Virus record (IMG/VR): IMGVR_UViG_3300030103_004214
Location: 1-59,907 of that record
DNA from: a virus
Taxonomy: Duplodnaviria; Caudoviricetes
Direction: 5' to 3' (one strand)
DNA length: 59,907 nucleotides
Below, piece after piece: positions 46,401-56,276 of the stretch (position 1 is the first letter of the stretch; each line of letters begins with the position of its first letter). Both the position numbers and the translations under genes were made by a program. The notes under the pieces were generated by a model. The model saw nothing but the letters and a program-made list of their open reading frames with translations, searched no databases and was not told the origin of the DNA.

Positions 46401-49400
46401 GATAAATTCGTAAGTATTTCCAGTGTTATTTGTTGTCTTTGGAGTTTGGAATATTCCATTGATGAATAGAACACCATTACCAACACCAATACCAGATGAA
46501 GTGTTCGCTCCACCAACCCTTAGTGAATAAGTTTTACCAATACCAGTAAATCCATCAGATATATCATCAAAAATCATATTAGTGGTATAATCACTTCTCA
46601 AGAATGTTCTACCACTATAATCTGCCTTTACGAACGGTAGATTAGTTTCATCTCTTCTTGATCTAGTGTCGCCTTTTGGTGGTTCTGCAAAGAAGATTGT
46701 GCTATCTACAATATTGAATGAACCTCTATGAACCCTCGCAGTATCGTTTGCAGAGTGAGTAGTCGCTGCAATACCTAATTGTCCTCTTTCCACTTTAACT
46801 GATGGTAGAGTGGCAATACCAAGTGCTACATCAGTAGCATCGTTTATAATACCTGTTGGTGTGCTGGAGAATCCTACTTCAGTTACTTTTACGTATTCAT
46901 CATTGATTTTTAAGAAGTCAGATGCTCTAACTGAATTGATTCCACTTAATACGAACTGAGTAAGTCCAATTGCAACGTTTGAGTCTAATGTATGAGAGAT
47001 TGATGTAAAGTTTATAGGAGTCTGGACAACACCATCAAGACCAATAATTGATTTTGTCAATTGTTTTGTCATTGACAATTTGTGTAAATTACCAGCACCT
47101 GTTCCTGTAAATGTTACAGCAGCACCTGTTGCTACGTATTCAGGTCTTGTAAACAACTGGAATCTGTTTTCATCCAGAACTTTAGCAAATACAGTGCTTG
47201 GTAATATTGTAGTAACGATACCAGCAGTATTTGCAGTTGAACCGATTGAAACAGCAGAAGCAGCAACCCCAACAAATGTAGATGTAGGTGTATAAGTTAA
47301 TTCTTCATTTGTATTGAAGAAATGACTTGGTATCGTGAATATACCTGTAGATGTGCTTAGAATGCCAGTATTAGTTGGATTAAATGTCTTAGTGAAGATT
47401 GGAATACCATCGTGCTTCAGATCAAAACTTAATTTGTCAGCTCTTTGTCCACCTGAACCATCATATGTTGTAAGGAATAATTTTTGTGATACTGTTCCGT
47501 ATGATAAATCTGGTGGTTCATTTGCAAAATCACTTAGAGTATAGAATATCTGATTAAATGATTGAACTTCAATTAAGGAATCAAATTCAGCATCTGGATA
47601 AAATCTTAGATTAATATTATTTCCACTAAATTCACCACCAAATGTTCCAATACCTGTGGTAGATCCTAGTGATACAAATGGATATTGAACTGTTAATACG
47701 TCATCAACATCTCTTATTGATACAATTTGATGAACTGCTGATGTTTCTCCACAGGATACTCTTACAAGAGATTTAACTGATGAATCAATAGTTTTATTAA
47801 TAGTTGCATATGTAATTGTGCTTGCGGTTCCAGTAACATATCCAGATTCTAATCTAGCACTTCTCTCTGCCCCTTCAGGTTGACCAGCAACTGCAAAACG
47901 ATGTGTTCCGATTCCAGCAGTGGTTGTTCCTAATCCTACAATGTTTGCTCTTACATCAAGAACATTTACTCTATCATTCTCACATTGTAATTTGATTAAA
48001 TCATTCTCAAATCTTGCTGTTACAATACCAACAGAACTCTTACTAAAACCAGATTGTGTATCAATATATGATTCTGTGATAGTGACATTCGTTCCATCAA
48101 AGTCAACTAATATCTCATTATAATTGATTTCTTTAGTTGAACTATCTTGAACAAATACAGTTGCATAGAAAGCATTAAAATCATTTTTAGAGAATTGTGC
48201 AATGGTTCCTGTGCTTACACCAACAGTTGTGCTTGCAATACCTGTATTAACACCTGTTAAGTCAACACTACCGATTACATTTGTTCCAATACCTGCTAAA
48301 TCTGTATTAAAATCAACCTTTAATATTTTAATATCATGATCTTTGGTAAATTTTTCTGTAGGAGTAAACAATAAATTCTTTTCACCTGTTTTAAGAATTT
48401 CTGAATCAAAGTCACCAAGTTTTAATGTTGTAAAATCTTGTGTTTTTTCAAGAATGTATGCATTATTTTCATCAGTTAAAGTAATTAATTCAGTGAACTG
48501 AGTATCAAATGTATCAGGATCAATTATCTGAACAAGATAATTTCCAAAATCTTCTGTTAGTTCTTCAATTATAGTATTTGTTGCATCAAATCCTTCACTT
48601 GAGAATGTTTGACTTATATCATCGTGAATAAGAACTCTATTTGTTTTACATCTAGTAAAGTCACTTAATGATCTATTTTTGATAGTTAAGAACTTAGAAC
48701 CATTAGGTCGAGTATCAAAATCTCTAGCGAAGTCAAAATTATTAATCGCATCAACTCTCTGCTTTTCCTCCAAACCAACAACATTGCCAACATCAAGAAC
48801 AATAGTTTGACTTGTGTTTCTAACTGTTCCAACTCCAACAGAAATGTTTGAATCTACTGATGTATCAGAGAAGTTTTTAAGACCTGATGGATGAACTAAA
48901 CGATTGACAGGATTGACAAATTTTTCCCACTCAATAGAACTCTTAATTGTATATGAAAGATTTTGATAGTAATCATTGTCAGGTATGACTTGATAATCTT
49001 CATTTAATTTACCGATATCGTCTAACCAACCATATTCTTGTCTATTTGAGAAATCAACATTGAATTTTGCTTGATTATTAACTAAAGAAGATATTTCTGC
49101 AGATACACCACTTAGTTCCCCTTTGACTCGATCACCTTTTTTAATCTTTGTCTTTCCATCAATCTTAATATAATCACTTCTTACCTCTTGTATTGTTAAA
49201 TCAGTTTTAACATCATCAATTAAGAGAGATTCTTTAATCTCAAATACACCTCTAGTCTGTATTGGTTTTATAACAGGATATTTTGTTTTATTAATAAGAT
49301 TAGCATAACCTGATTGGAATGTTTTTGCGATACCAGCATTTGTTGTAACACCTGCTAAACTAAACTTGACAACACTTTGAGTTCCTGCAATATAGTCATC

Positions 49401-52400
49401 AACATTAAAGAATTGATAATTATAGTTTTCAGAGTTGTATCCATCTCCAGTTACAGTTGTATTTGTTGATATTCCACCTTGTGTAGCACCTACACCAGTT
49501 TCTCCATCTCTCTGAATACCTTCAACAAATATTTCATCTCCTATCTTGAATGGTTGAATATCAAATCCATTGATTGGTGTTTCTAGGAAACAGGTTACAA
49601 CTCCAGAATTACTGGTTTGGAGTGAATTAATTCCAACACCATTTGAGTTATTAATTGCAATAATTTTATGAACCACTGAATCTAATCCAGATACAGGTGC
49701 TAATACATCAACTTGTGATATTGTTTGATTTGGAGCTACTGCTTGTAGAGATACATTATCAACAATAGTATTTGATACTGGATTGAATACTATTAAATTA
49801 GGTGCACTGATATATTCTGCACCACCATCAACAACCTCAACTTTATTAATAACATCTAAATTATTAATATTAAGCACAGGAGAAACAAATGCTTCAGGAC
49901 TTAATGTTTTATCGGATGAATATTCATATCCAAAATCAATAATTCTTACTTTTTTAATTCTACCGATTGATTTTGATGTAGCAATTATATTTGCATCGGA
50001 ACCATCTGTACTCTTAACTGTATTAAATTGTGGTAATTTTTTATAATTGAAACCTGGTGAGATAATCTTAAATCCTTTAATAGAACCGTGAACATTTTTT
50101 GACTTTGTAGAGTATTCTAATTTTTCACAATCAGAACTAAAGTATGTTAAGAACTCAGGAAGTTTAGGTGATATATCAAACTTATCGTTTGTAACATTAA
50201 AAATCTTATACTCGCCATTATAAGCACTATCAATAAATCTTATTTCTGAATAATCTGTAACCTGAGTATCAGCAGTGCTAATAAATCCACCCTTAGTTAA
50301 TCCATAATACAATGAACCAGGTGTAGATGCTGAGAATTGCACTGATAATTCAGAACCTGATAACCCAATGGTTCCTGCAGTACCTACGTTAAAGGTATTA
50401 CTATCTTGAGAACTTAAATATTCATTTGTCAGTTCCTTATCGTAGAATAACTTAAAGTCAAAGTCTGCTAAAGTAGTGCTTGATAATCCAAAAGTAAGTT
50501 TAGAATTTTTAACAACATCAATTCTTGGATTAATTAATGCAATAGATTGGTTTGCACCACCAGTATTTGCTGTAATTGAAACAGTTTTTACTGGATTTGA
50601 GTTTATATCAGTTAGTGTTTCTGCTAATTGGAATCTTCTATCACTTATTTTATTAATAAAGAATGTTCCTGTTCCAATTCCTGTTGCATTTCCATCGTAT
50701 AATACCTTATCTCCTGTCTCAAAACCGTGTCCAGCAATATCAATTTGATTAGTCTCAACGTCTGATGCAGCAAATGTAAGAGGATTGATAGTCAAAACCT
50801 CAAACTCTGGATTGTAATTAACAGAAATTGGTGCAGTTGTTCCAATACCTACTGCTAAGTTGGGGACAACATTCATTTTTATGATGTCACCATTTAATAA
50901 ATTATGAGTTGTTGTCTCTGCTACTGCTACATTTGTCTGAACTGATGTAATAATTTTACTAATATCACCAGTGATTTGTTCTTTTGTAGACTCAAAATTG
51001 TAAAGACCTGAAGAAATACCTGAATTTGTTCCCTTTGAGAAGAAGAATAATCCCTCACTTGTATTACCGATACTTGCTCTGGTTGTAACTAAACCAACAT
51101 AATTTACACCTTTGTTAATTATGAATACTTCAGTTGTATTTTGACCTGTAAATGGTAACTTAAATGTGTTAACCACTTCTGTTGGACCTACATCAAACCT
51201 TAATGCACCATTTCTCTTATTAAGATTTACTTTTTGTCCTGTCTTAAATGGGTGATTAGGTATATGAATTGTTCGAGTTGGTATTGATAAACTACTCTTA
51301 GTCTCTCCAATAACCTGCTCAACCTCAATTGCACCACCAGCAGTTGTTCCAACACCAACTGATTGAGGTCCATTAAAGAATATTAAATCATTTCTCTCAG
51401 AATCAAACTTTTTAGTTTTAACAGGTATCAATATTTGATTGTTCAATACATCTATTTCAGAACCAAAGGTGTGAGCAATTCCTGCATGTCTTTGTATTCT
51501 GATTACTTTTGGTGTTGGGAATATTTCTAATACCTTTAATATCTCTGTATTAGTTGTATTTCCAGAACCAACTCTTAATGATCCACCTACTGCAACTGAA
51601 TTAGGTATTGAGGTAACAAAAATATCTTGAATTACACCACTTGCATTACCAACTTTCATAGTTTGTGCAAGTCCTATACTATCAGTCTTAACACCAACTT
51701 TAAATGTATTTGTTAAATTAACAATCGAACTACTTAATCCTGATACTGATATTGCATCTTGGTCATTTAATTCTACAAATGGTAGATAATTTGCGGTAAC
51801 TTGATTCGGATTATTCCACTCAAAAACAACATTCTCAAATTTAGTTAATGTTGTGTCGATGAATGAAACACCAAGACCTACAATTTCATCAACTTCTGCA
51901 CCGAATCCTGAACCATTTGTATTTGTATCATCAAAATCAACCTGATCACCAACCTTATATCCAGAACCACCATTGAATATTGTAATATCATCAATATCAC
52001 CAGTAGTAACAGACTCTACAGATGATAGTTGTCTTATCTGCTCATAGGATTCAATTATAAAATCATTTTGTGCAAATTTCTCATCTACATTATATGGGAA
52101 TGTATTTCTTCTAAGGTTAGATGCATTGAAGTTAAAATCTTGATTCAGTGTTTGATTTTCTTTTATGAAAGGTGATCTATAAGTATTTCCAATAAAGTAT
52201 GGATATATTCCTTCTAATTTGTTGGTTGCAGTTCCAAGTCCAACAGTTGTAAAGTAAGCATATATTCCATTTGGAAATTCTGGTGTCTTACAGAATCTTC
52301 CATTATGAATATCTAAGTCTCCTGTACCATCAAAGATGTGATCCTGAACAAAGAAACCATCTGCATAACCTGTTGGTCTGTTTACAACTTCGGTTGTATT

Positions 52401-55400
52401 AGTTTTGTATGATGGTGTAAGTATTTTGATACTTGAGTTAATATTATCTGCTTCACTATATCCAAAAGGTCCGTAAATTGGATTACCATCATATGCCCAT
52501 CCAATGATTGGAGAGTGTCCTGTAATTTTATCAAACTCACCATTTGATTTGACACTGAATGTATTCTCAAAAGTTCCTGCAATATCTTGTGAATAACCTA
52601 ATATACTAAATTTAAGACTACCATTTTTTTCAGTTAATAGTGAATCTCCAAATCTCTCAGAGTTGTTTAATGTAAGGTTTCTAACTCTTGCTTGAAATAG
52701 TCCACCAAACCCTCTGTTAAACGCTCTGACCTCTGTTGTAAAACTACTATAACCAATTCCACTATTAATTACGATTGCGTCTGTAACCCTATTATTTTCA
52801 ACCACAGGACGTATTACCGCACCAGCACCTAATCCAGAATCTGTAATTTTTAATTCAGGAATTGAATTATACTCTCTACCTCTATTTGTAACAACACAAT
52901 CTATTATTCTTCCGTTAATTATAACAGGTTTAAATTCTGCATCTCTACCATCTTGTATTGATACTTTTGGACTAATCTCAGTATCTAATATCTCTGAACC
53001 ATAATTAGTTCCTGTTTCATATAGATAAGCACCCAATAAATCTCCAGTAACAACTGGTGTGATTGTCAAATTACCTGTAACTGTTGAACCAAAAGAAACT
53101 TCAATATTAACTTTAATTTCTGGGTAATTAAATATTTGGAATCCTGTTCCTGATGAAGTAAAATCAACAAATTTATCTCTATCAAAATCAGCGGTTGATG
53201 TTCCACCAACTCCTGCATTTGATAACTTAAACTCATCATCAGATATTTTTTTAATAATATATGATGTTGTTGTGCTCAAACCACCTATCGCAGTTGTTTC
53301 AGTAGAATACTCAACTACCTCTCCACTCTCAAAACCATGATTCTTAAAGTTAATTGAATTAAATGATGTTGAAATACCTGCAGGTTTTACTCTTAATTTA
53401 CGATGAGTATAACCAGAACCTTCATTTATGACTTTAACAGCAATAAGAGTGTTCTTTTCTTCAGTCTCAAATTTATGAATACCACTTGCACTTGTATCAG
53501 TTGATAATCCAACTGTATTAATACCAGCAATACCTGTTAATGCATCAACTTTAGAATTAAATATTCTGACTGTAGTTGAGTTTACAACTCTAACAAAGTA
53601 AGGATCTCCATCTGATAGAGTTCCTGTAATGGTATTTGTTCCATCGTAAGCAGCACCTATACCAATTGGAGTATGACCATTCGCATTGTAAAAGACTAAT
53701 TGACCATTTTCTAAGTTATGTGCTGTCTTGAAGGTGATTGTTTCGTTAACTATATCTACACCACCATTGAAAAATATATCTCTACTATCAAATTCTAACT
53801 GTCTATTACGATTTCCAAGTAATGGTTCTAATTTACATCCAGTTCCATTACCACCAGTTAATGAAATATTCTGAACAGTATCAATATCAAAGTCTTGTGG
53901 GTCAACAAATACTTCTTTTACGGTTCCTTTAATGATTGGTTCTGCTAATGCTGCTGTTCCAGAACTTGTTTCAATACCAATTACTGGTGGATTTAATACA
54001 TCATATCCAGTTCCAGAGTTTAATAAATCTACAGATTCAAGAGGACCAAAGAATATTTGATTATCTGAGATAGGTGAACGTATCTGAACACCATTTATTA
54101 GTATACCAATATCATTTACAGGAGAATCGTGCTTAGATACTGTAAATAAATTTTGTGATAATGGGATTTTTCTTAAAATTTTATCTGAATCTATCTTTCT
54201 TGAAGAGTGTCTCTTTAATACAAATCTATGAACCTCTGTTGTAATGCCTGTTGGACCTATCTGAACAGTGCTGGCAGTTCCTATTTGTGAACTTGAATTA
54301 TAAATTTTAATTTTTGATGTATTCTGATTTGCACCAGGTGTAACAGGATCAACATAATAACTCCTACCACTCTCTAATCCAACAAAACTTTGACCTTCTG
54401 GTTGATAAACTATTTCATCACCTTGAATGAATTTAATATTTTCACCTGCAGGTGGAGTAAATTTAATGAAACTATACTTTTGAGTTAATACATCAAACCC
54501 ATCTAAAACACTTTCTGTGCCACTTGTGACAGTTTCTTCAATAATATTGGTTGTAATATCATAACTTGGTAGTGAATTTGATGCAACATAACCCTCTACA
54601 TTACCGTCAACATAAACACTAAGAGTATCTGTTATAACTTTTTCATTACCCTGTAGAATCTCTGCACCTGAACTGGTTGCTTTCTCTACAATTCTGCGAA
54701 TATCATATAATTGATTTGCTACTGGTGTAAATCCTGCAATATTAGTTGCGTTTATTTGATTCAATCCAACGTCAACACTCTCAACTTCACCACTTCCTTC
54801 TATAATCTGCTCATTTCTTTTTAAGATATGGAATTTATCACCAACTTTTAATGATGCCTTATCAATTTTTGTTTCTAAGTTAAATGTTGATCCTGTTATT
54901 TCTACTTGAAATCTTGAACTTGTATTATAAATCCAAGAATTAGCAAATATTTTCTTATAAGATTGGTCATCATTATCAATTTTTTCACCAACATTCTTTA
55001 CAAATATATTTTCTCCTTCATCAACTAGTTTAATATCTGTTACTGGAACAAACTCTGATAATACACCAGTAATTCTCAATTCTATTTTCTTGCTTAAATC
55101 CCCATTCTCATATCCAAATATGGTTTCAGTTGATCTTAAACTATCAGCAGTCGATATACTTGAATTAACACCAGAGCAACCAAAGAATTGATTGATAGAT
55201 TTAGATGTATATTCTATTGTATTATCACCACTAACAACAGTTCCTATTGTTCCAAACCCTACTGTAGAGTCAACATCAATAATTGTTGCACCACTAGTAA
55301 CAGGATTTAATATTTTTGTATTACCAGGTATTGTAAATGTTCCTTCGATTAAATCACGGTCACTAAATCCTACGAATAAAGCAATTTTATAGTAACTCTT

Positions 55401-56273
55401 ACCATCTCTCTTTATAATTTCAACTTCAGATACTGAACCACTTGTATTTGAATCAGTTGATTTGAAGATAGTTTGACCAGTTAAGTTTTGAGGATTGCCT
55501 GTAGGTGTTATTAAATCTGCAACGATTACTTCACGACGTATAAACTCTGCATCAGATGGTTTAATTAGATTTCCTTCTAAGTCAATTACATTTGACTCAA
55601 CACCATATAATACCTTGAATAATATTTTAATTGATTCTTCTACACCTTTTGACTGATAGAATGAACGTGCAAACTTAACAAAGTTACCTACATCAAGATT
55701 TTCAGCAAATTCATTATTTTCTAAACCTGGTAGAAATGTTTTCTTTAATTTCTTAAAGAACTCTTGAATGAATAAAACAGATAAGTTTGTAACTTTCGCT
55801 CCAGTTGTATGAGAAGCACTATCTGTTTCATCAAAAACTAAACTCTCTTTGTTTACATCCAATAAAGATGAACTAACTCCAACATTATAACCACTTATTC
55901 CACTGAATCCACGAATACAACCTGTAAATGTATTAGTAGTAATACCAGTATAAGATATTATTTCATCATTAATCTTGAGTAAACCATACTCTGAGGGGAA
56001 ACCTTTAGTGCTAGGGACAGATATAGTAGTATCTGTAGAAGATACATCTGCTGTCGTTGTAGTTACACCTACAACAACTTCTGGAACAAGGTTATCAACT
56101 TTAAGATATTGATCAAAGTTACTGATTAAATCAGTCGGACCACCTTGATATTCTTGAGAAATATAATATTGCTTAAAAAATTCAACTGCATTAGGAAAAT
56201 CAGTTAACACATATTCGGGTAACTGATTCTCAATAATAGTATTGACTTGTATTCTTTTGTCAATTTGTGACAT
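43440..56273 (-). CDS. gp7: Baseplate wedge initiator gp7 (4277 aa, cyanophage giant form)
   Basis: QLPEYV..FP..VEF.KQYY, FYQSKG..ESIKILFK.LYG, DNDYYQNLSY..KS, LVHPSGLK; lies between gp6 and gp8. Confidence 0.88.
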   Translation of the reverse strand: MSQIDKRIQVNTIIENQLPEYVLTDFPNAVEFFKQYYISQEYQGGPTDLISNFDQYLKVDNLVPEVVVGVTTTTADVSSTDTTISVPSTKGFPSEYGLLKINDEIISYTGITTNTFTGCIRGFSGISGYNVGVSSSLLDVNKESLVFDETDSASHTTGAKVTNLSVLFIQEFFKKLKKTFLPGLENNEFAENLDVGNFVKFARSFYQSKGVEESIKILFKVLYGVESNVIDLEGNLIKPSDAEFIRREVIVADLITPTGNPQNLTGQTIFKSTDSNTSGSVSEVEIIKRDGKSYYKIALFVGFSDRDLIEGTFTIPGNTKILNPVTSGATIIDVDSTVGFGTIGTVVSGDNTIEYTSKSINQFFGCSGVNSSISTADSLRSTETIFGYENGDLSKKIELRITGVLSEFVPVTDIKLVDEGENIFVKNVGEKIDNDDQSYKKIFANSWIYNTSSRFQVEITGSTFNLETKIDKASLKVGDKFHILKRNEQIIEGSGEVESVDVGLNQINATNIAGFTPVANQLYDIRRIVEKATSSGAEILQGNEKVITDTLSVYVDGNVEGYVASNSLPSYDITTNIIEETVTSGTESVLDGFDVLTQKYSFIKFTPPAGENIKFIQGDEIVYQPEGQSFVGLESGRSYYVDPVTPGANQNTSKIKIYNSSSQIGTASTVQIGPTGITTEVHRFVLKRHSSRKIDSDKILRKIPLSQNLFTVSKHDSPVNDIGILINGVQIRSPISDNQIFFGPLESVDLLNSGTGYDVLNPPVIGIETSSGTAALAEPIIKGTVKEVFVDPQDFDIDTVQNISLTGGNGTGCKLEPLLGNRNRQLEFDSRDIFFNGGVDIVNETITFKTAHNLENGQLVFYNANGHTPIGIGAAYDGTNTITGTLSDGDPYFVRVVNSTTVRIFNSKVDALTGIAGINTVGLSTDTSASGIHKFETEEKNTLIAVKVINEGSGYTHRKLRVKPAGISTSFNSINFKNHGFESGEVVEYSTETTAIGGLSTTTSYIIKKISDDEFKLSNAGVGGTSTADFDRDKFVDFTSSGTGFQIFNYPEIKVNIEVSFGSTVTGNLTITPVVTGDLLGAYLYETGTNYGSEILDTEISPKVSIQDGRDAEFKPVIINGRIIDCVVTNRGREYNSIPELKITDSGLGAGAVIRPVVENNRVTDAIVINSGIGYSSFTTEVRAFNRGFGGLFQARVRNLTLNNSERFGDSLLTEKNGSLKFSILGYSQDIAGTFENTFSVKSNGEFDKITGHSPIIGWAYDGNPIYGPFGYSEADNINSSIKILTPSYKTNTTEVVNRPTGYADGFFVQDHIFDGTGDLDIHNGRFCKTPEFPNGIYAYFTTVGLGTATNKLEGIYPYFIGNTYRSPFIKENQTLNQDFNFNASNLRRNTFPYNVDEKFAQNDFIIESYEQIRQLSSVESVTTGDIDDITIFNGGSGYKVGDQVDFDDTNTNGSGFGAEVDEIVGLGVSFIDTTLTKFENVVFEWNNPNQVTANYLPFVELNDQDAISVSGLSSSIVNLTNTFKVGVKTDSIGLAQTMKVGNASGVIQDIFVTSIPNSVAVGGSLRVGSGNTTNTEILKVLEIFPTPKVIRIQRHAGIAHTFGSEIDVLNNQILIPVKTKKFDSERNDLIFFNGPQSVGVGTTAGGAIEVEQVIGETKSSLSIPTRTIHIPNHPFKTGQKVNLNKRNGALRFDVGPTEVVNTFKLPFTGQNTTEVFIINKGVNYVGLVTTRASIGNTSEGLFFFSKGTNSGISSGLYNFESTKEQITGDISKIITSVQTNVAVAETTTHNLLNGDIIKMNVVPNLAVGIGTTAPISVNYNPEFEVLTINPLTFAASDVETNQIDIAGHGFETGDKVLYDGNATGIGTGTFFINKISDRRFQLAETLTDINSNPVKTVSITANTGGANQSIALINPRIDVVKNSKLTFGLSSTTLADFDFKLFYDKELTNEYLSSQDSNTFNVGTAGTIGLSGSELSVQFSASTPGSLYYGLTKGGFISTADTQVTDYSEIRFIDSAYNGEYKIFNVTNDKFDISPKLPEFLTYFSSDCEKLEYSTKSKNVHGSIKGFKIISPGFNYKKLPQFNTVKSTDGSDANIIATSKSIGRIKKVRIIDFGYEYSSDKTLSPEAFVSPVLNINNLDVINKVEVVDGGAEYISAPNLIVFNPVSNTIVDNVSLQAVAPNQTISQVDVLAPVSGLDSVVHKIIAINNSNGVGINSLQTSNSGVVTCFLETPINGFDIQPFKIGDEIFVEGIQRDGETGVGATQGGISTNTTVTGDGYNSENYNYQFFNVDDYIAGTQSVVKFSLAGVTTNAGIAKTFQSGYANLINKTKYPVIKPIQTRGVFEIKESLLIDDVKTDLTIQEVRSDYIKIDGKTKIKKGDRVKGELSGVSAEISSLVNNQAKFNVDFSNRQEYGWLDDIGKLNEDYQVIPDNDYYQNLSYTIKSSIEWEKFVNPVNRLVHPSGLKNFSDTSVDSNISVGVGTVRNTSQTIVLDVGNVVGLEEKQRVDAINNFDFARDFDTRPNGSKFLTIKNRSLSDFTRCKTNRVLIHDDISQTFSSEGFDATNTIIEELTEDFGNYLVQIIDPDTFDTQFTELITLTDENNAYILEKTQDFTTLKLGDFDSEILKTGEKNLLFTPTEKFTKDHDIKILKVDFNTDLAGIGTNVIGSVDLTGVNTGIASTTVGVSTGTIAQFSKNDFNAFYATVFVQDSSTKEINYNEILVDFDGTNVTITESYIDTQSGFSKSSVGIVTARFENDLIKLQCENDRVNVLDVRANIVGLGTTTAGIGTHRFAVAGQPEGAERSARLESGYVTGTASTITYATINKTIDSSVKSLVRVSCGETSAVHQIVSIRDVDDVLTVQYPFVSLGSTTGIGTFGGEFSGNNINLRFYPDAEFDSLIEVQSFNQIFYTLSDFANEPPDLSYGTVSQKLFLTTYDGSGGQRADKLSFDLKHDGIPIFTKTFNPTNTGILSTSTGIFTIPSHFFNTNEELTYTPTSTFVGVAASAVSIGSTANTAGIVTTILPSTVFAKVLDENRFQLFTRPEYVATGAAVTFTGTGAGNLHKLSMTKQLTKSIIGLDGVVQTPINFTSISHTLDSNVAIGLTQFVLSGINSVRASDFLKINDEYVKVTEVGFSSTPTGIINDATDVALGIATLPSVKVERGQLGIAATTHSANDTARVHRGSFNIVDSTIFFAEPPKGDTRSRRDETNLPFVKADYSGRTFLRSDYTTNMIFDDISDGFTGIGKTYSLRVGGANTSSGIGVGNGVLFINGIFQTPKTTNNTGNTYEFISDSTAGISTVEFTGITSTNGDFIISEFDINQNQVPRGGLIVSLGSTPGLGYAPLQGAKVIARKNAAGGLTSIVGIGTSSGFNIGVQTATYDNITGIITVTTNKVHGFALERPNQVKLKDLEFTCPAGSGITTSFFQDHERGLFVVGIVSDRTFEVQAGASTIPHSYLRGGNAFEFFEDLTFGSGYRGGSVAIGVTDQAYVHRFVSAGIGSIRKGSFAASSANSFTATNAVYTSHTGTLVLTIPNHGLTTSDTVGIDTGGLVFKCSKDNFFSNHPYPRAISKTSFPNSDPIAGIQTSIIAKTDDTITLQVGVGGGAGSGAVVTATVGAGGTLAFNIVSAGTSYVNPEIIIPEPNYDNIPIIGVSRVGVGATTDTGSNLLLDVEVGAALTTVGIGSTTFEISKFKIARPGHSFKVGDKFTPVGLVTASHLSSPIQQFELEVIDIFNDSFSSWQFGELDFIDSIQNLQNGSRKRFPLFFNGQLLSFEKDVSNSSSQLIDLNAVLLVFVNGVLQKPNESYTFDGGTTFDFEEAPKSEAKVDIFFYKGQDGIDVDIVDTQETIKIGDELKLFKHPIGITTTQQFERTIKEILGAKLLETDIYGGRGIDENNDKPVRWTKQKVDVILGGRKISKSREILEPQVYPTSKIIGDFTTSSGEGSTNGIFVDDAEVFFYEKGNHLSASLPDESAGDYNLTYNSVDALVTSGEVNTGAAATAIVSSAGKITSLNITNAGTGYATATIKISAPPVIGVGIGTTATATATITNGTITSTTITNAGLGYSNLTPPQVIVSLPEYKTEKVTSISNVEGFTGIITGITTTTGTGGHPLALKFFFRADKTANTLLAGYPVLIKDTTVGNGVTSVDSQDSSVVGVGTTFVDNIYKVHSVSSVGPTGEIVCNVHTNSSSSVTGIAITGFHNPTAAGGVGLTTSLGRITWGRLFNATRNANPISIGVTGFTVNVGMSTFPTIQRKNYTSESLRGLRSSGAIRVFGL

Positions 56274-56276
56274 AAA

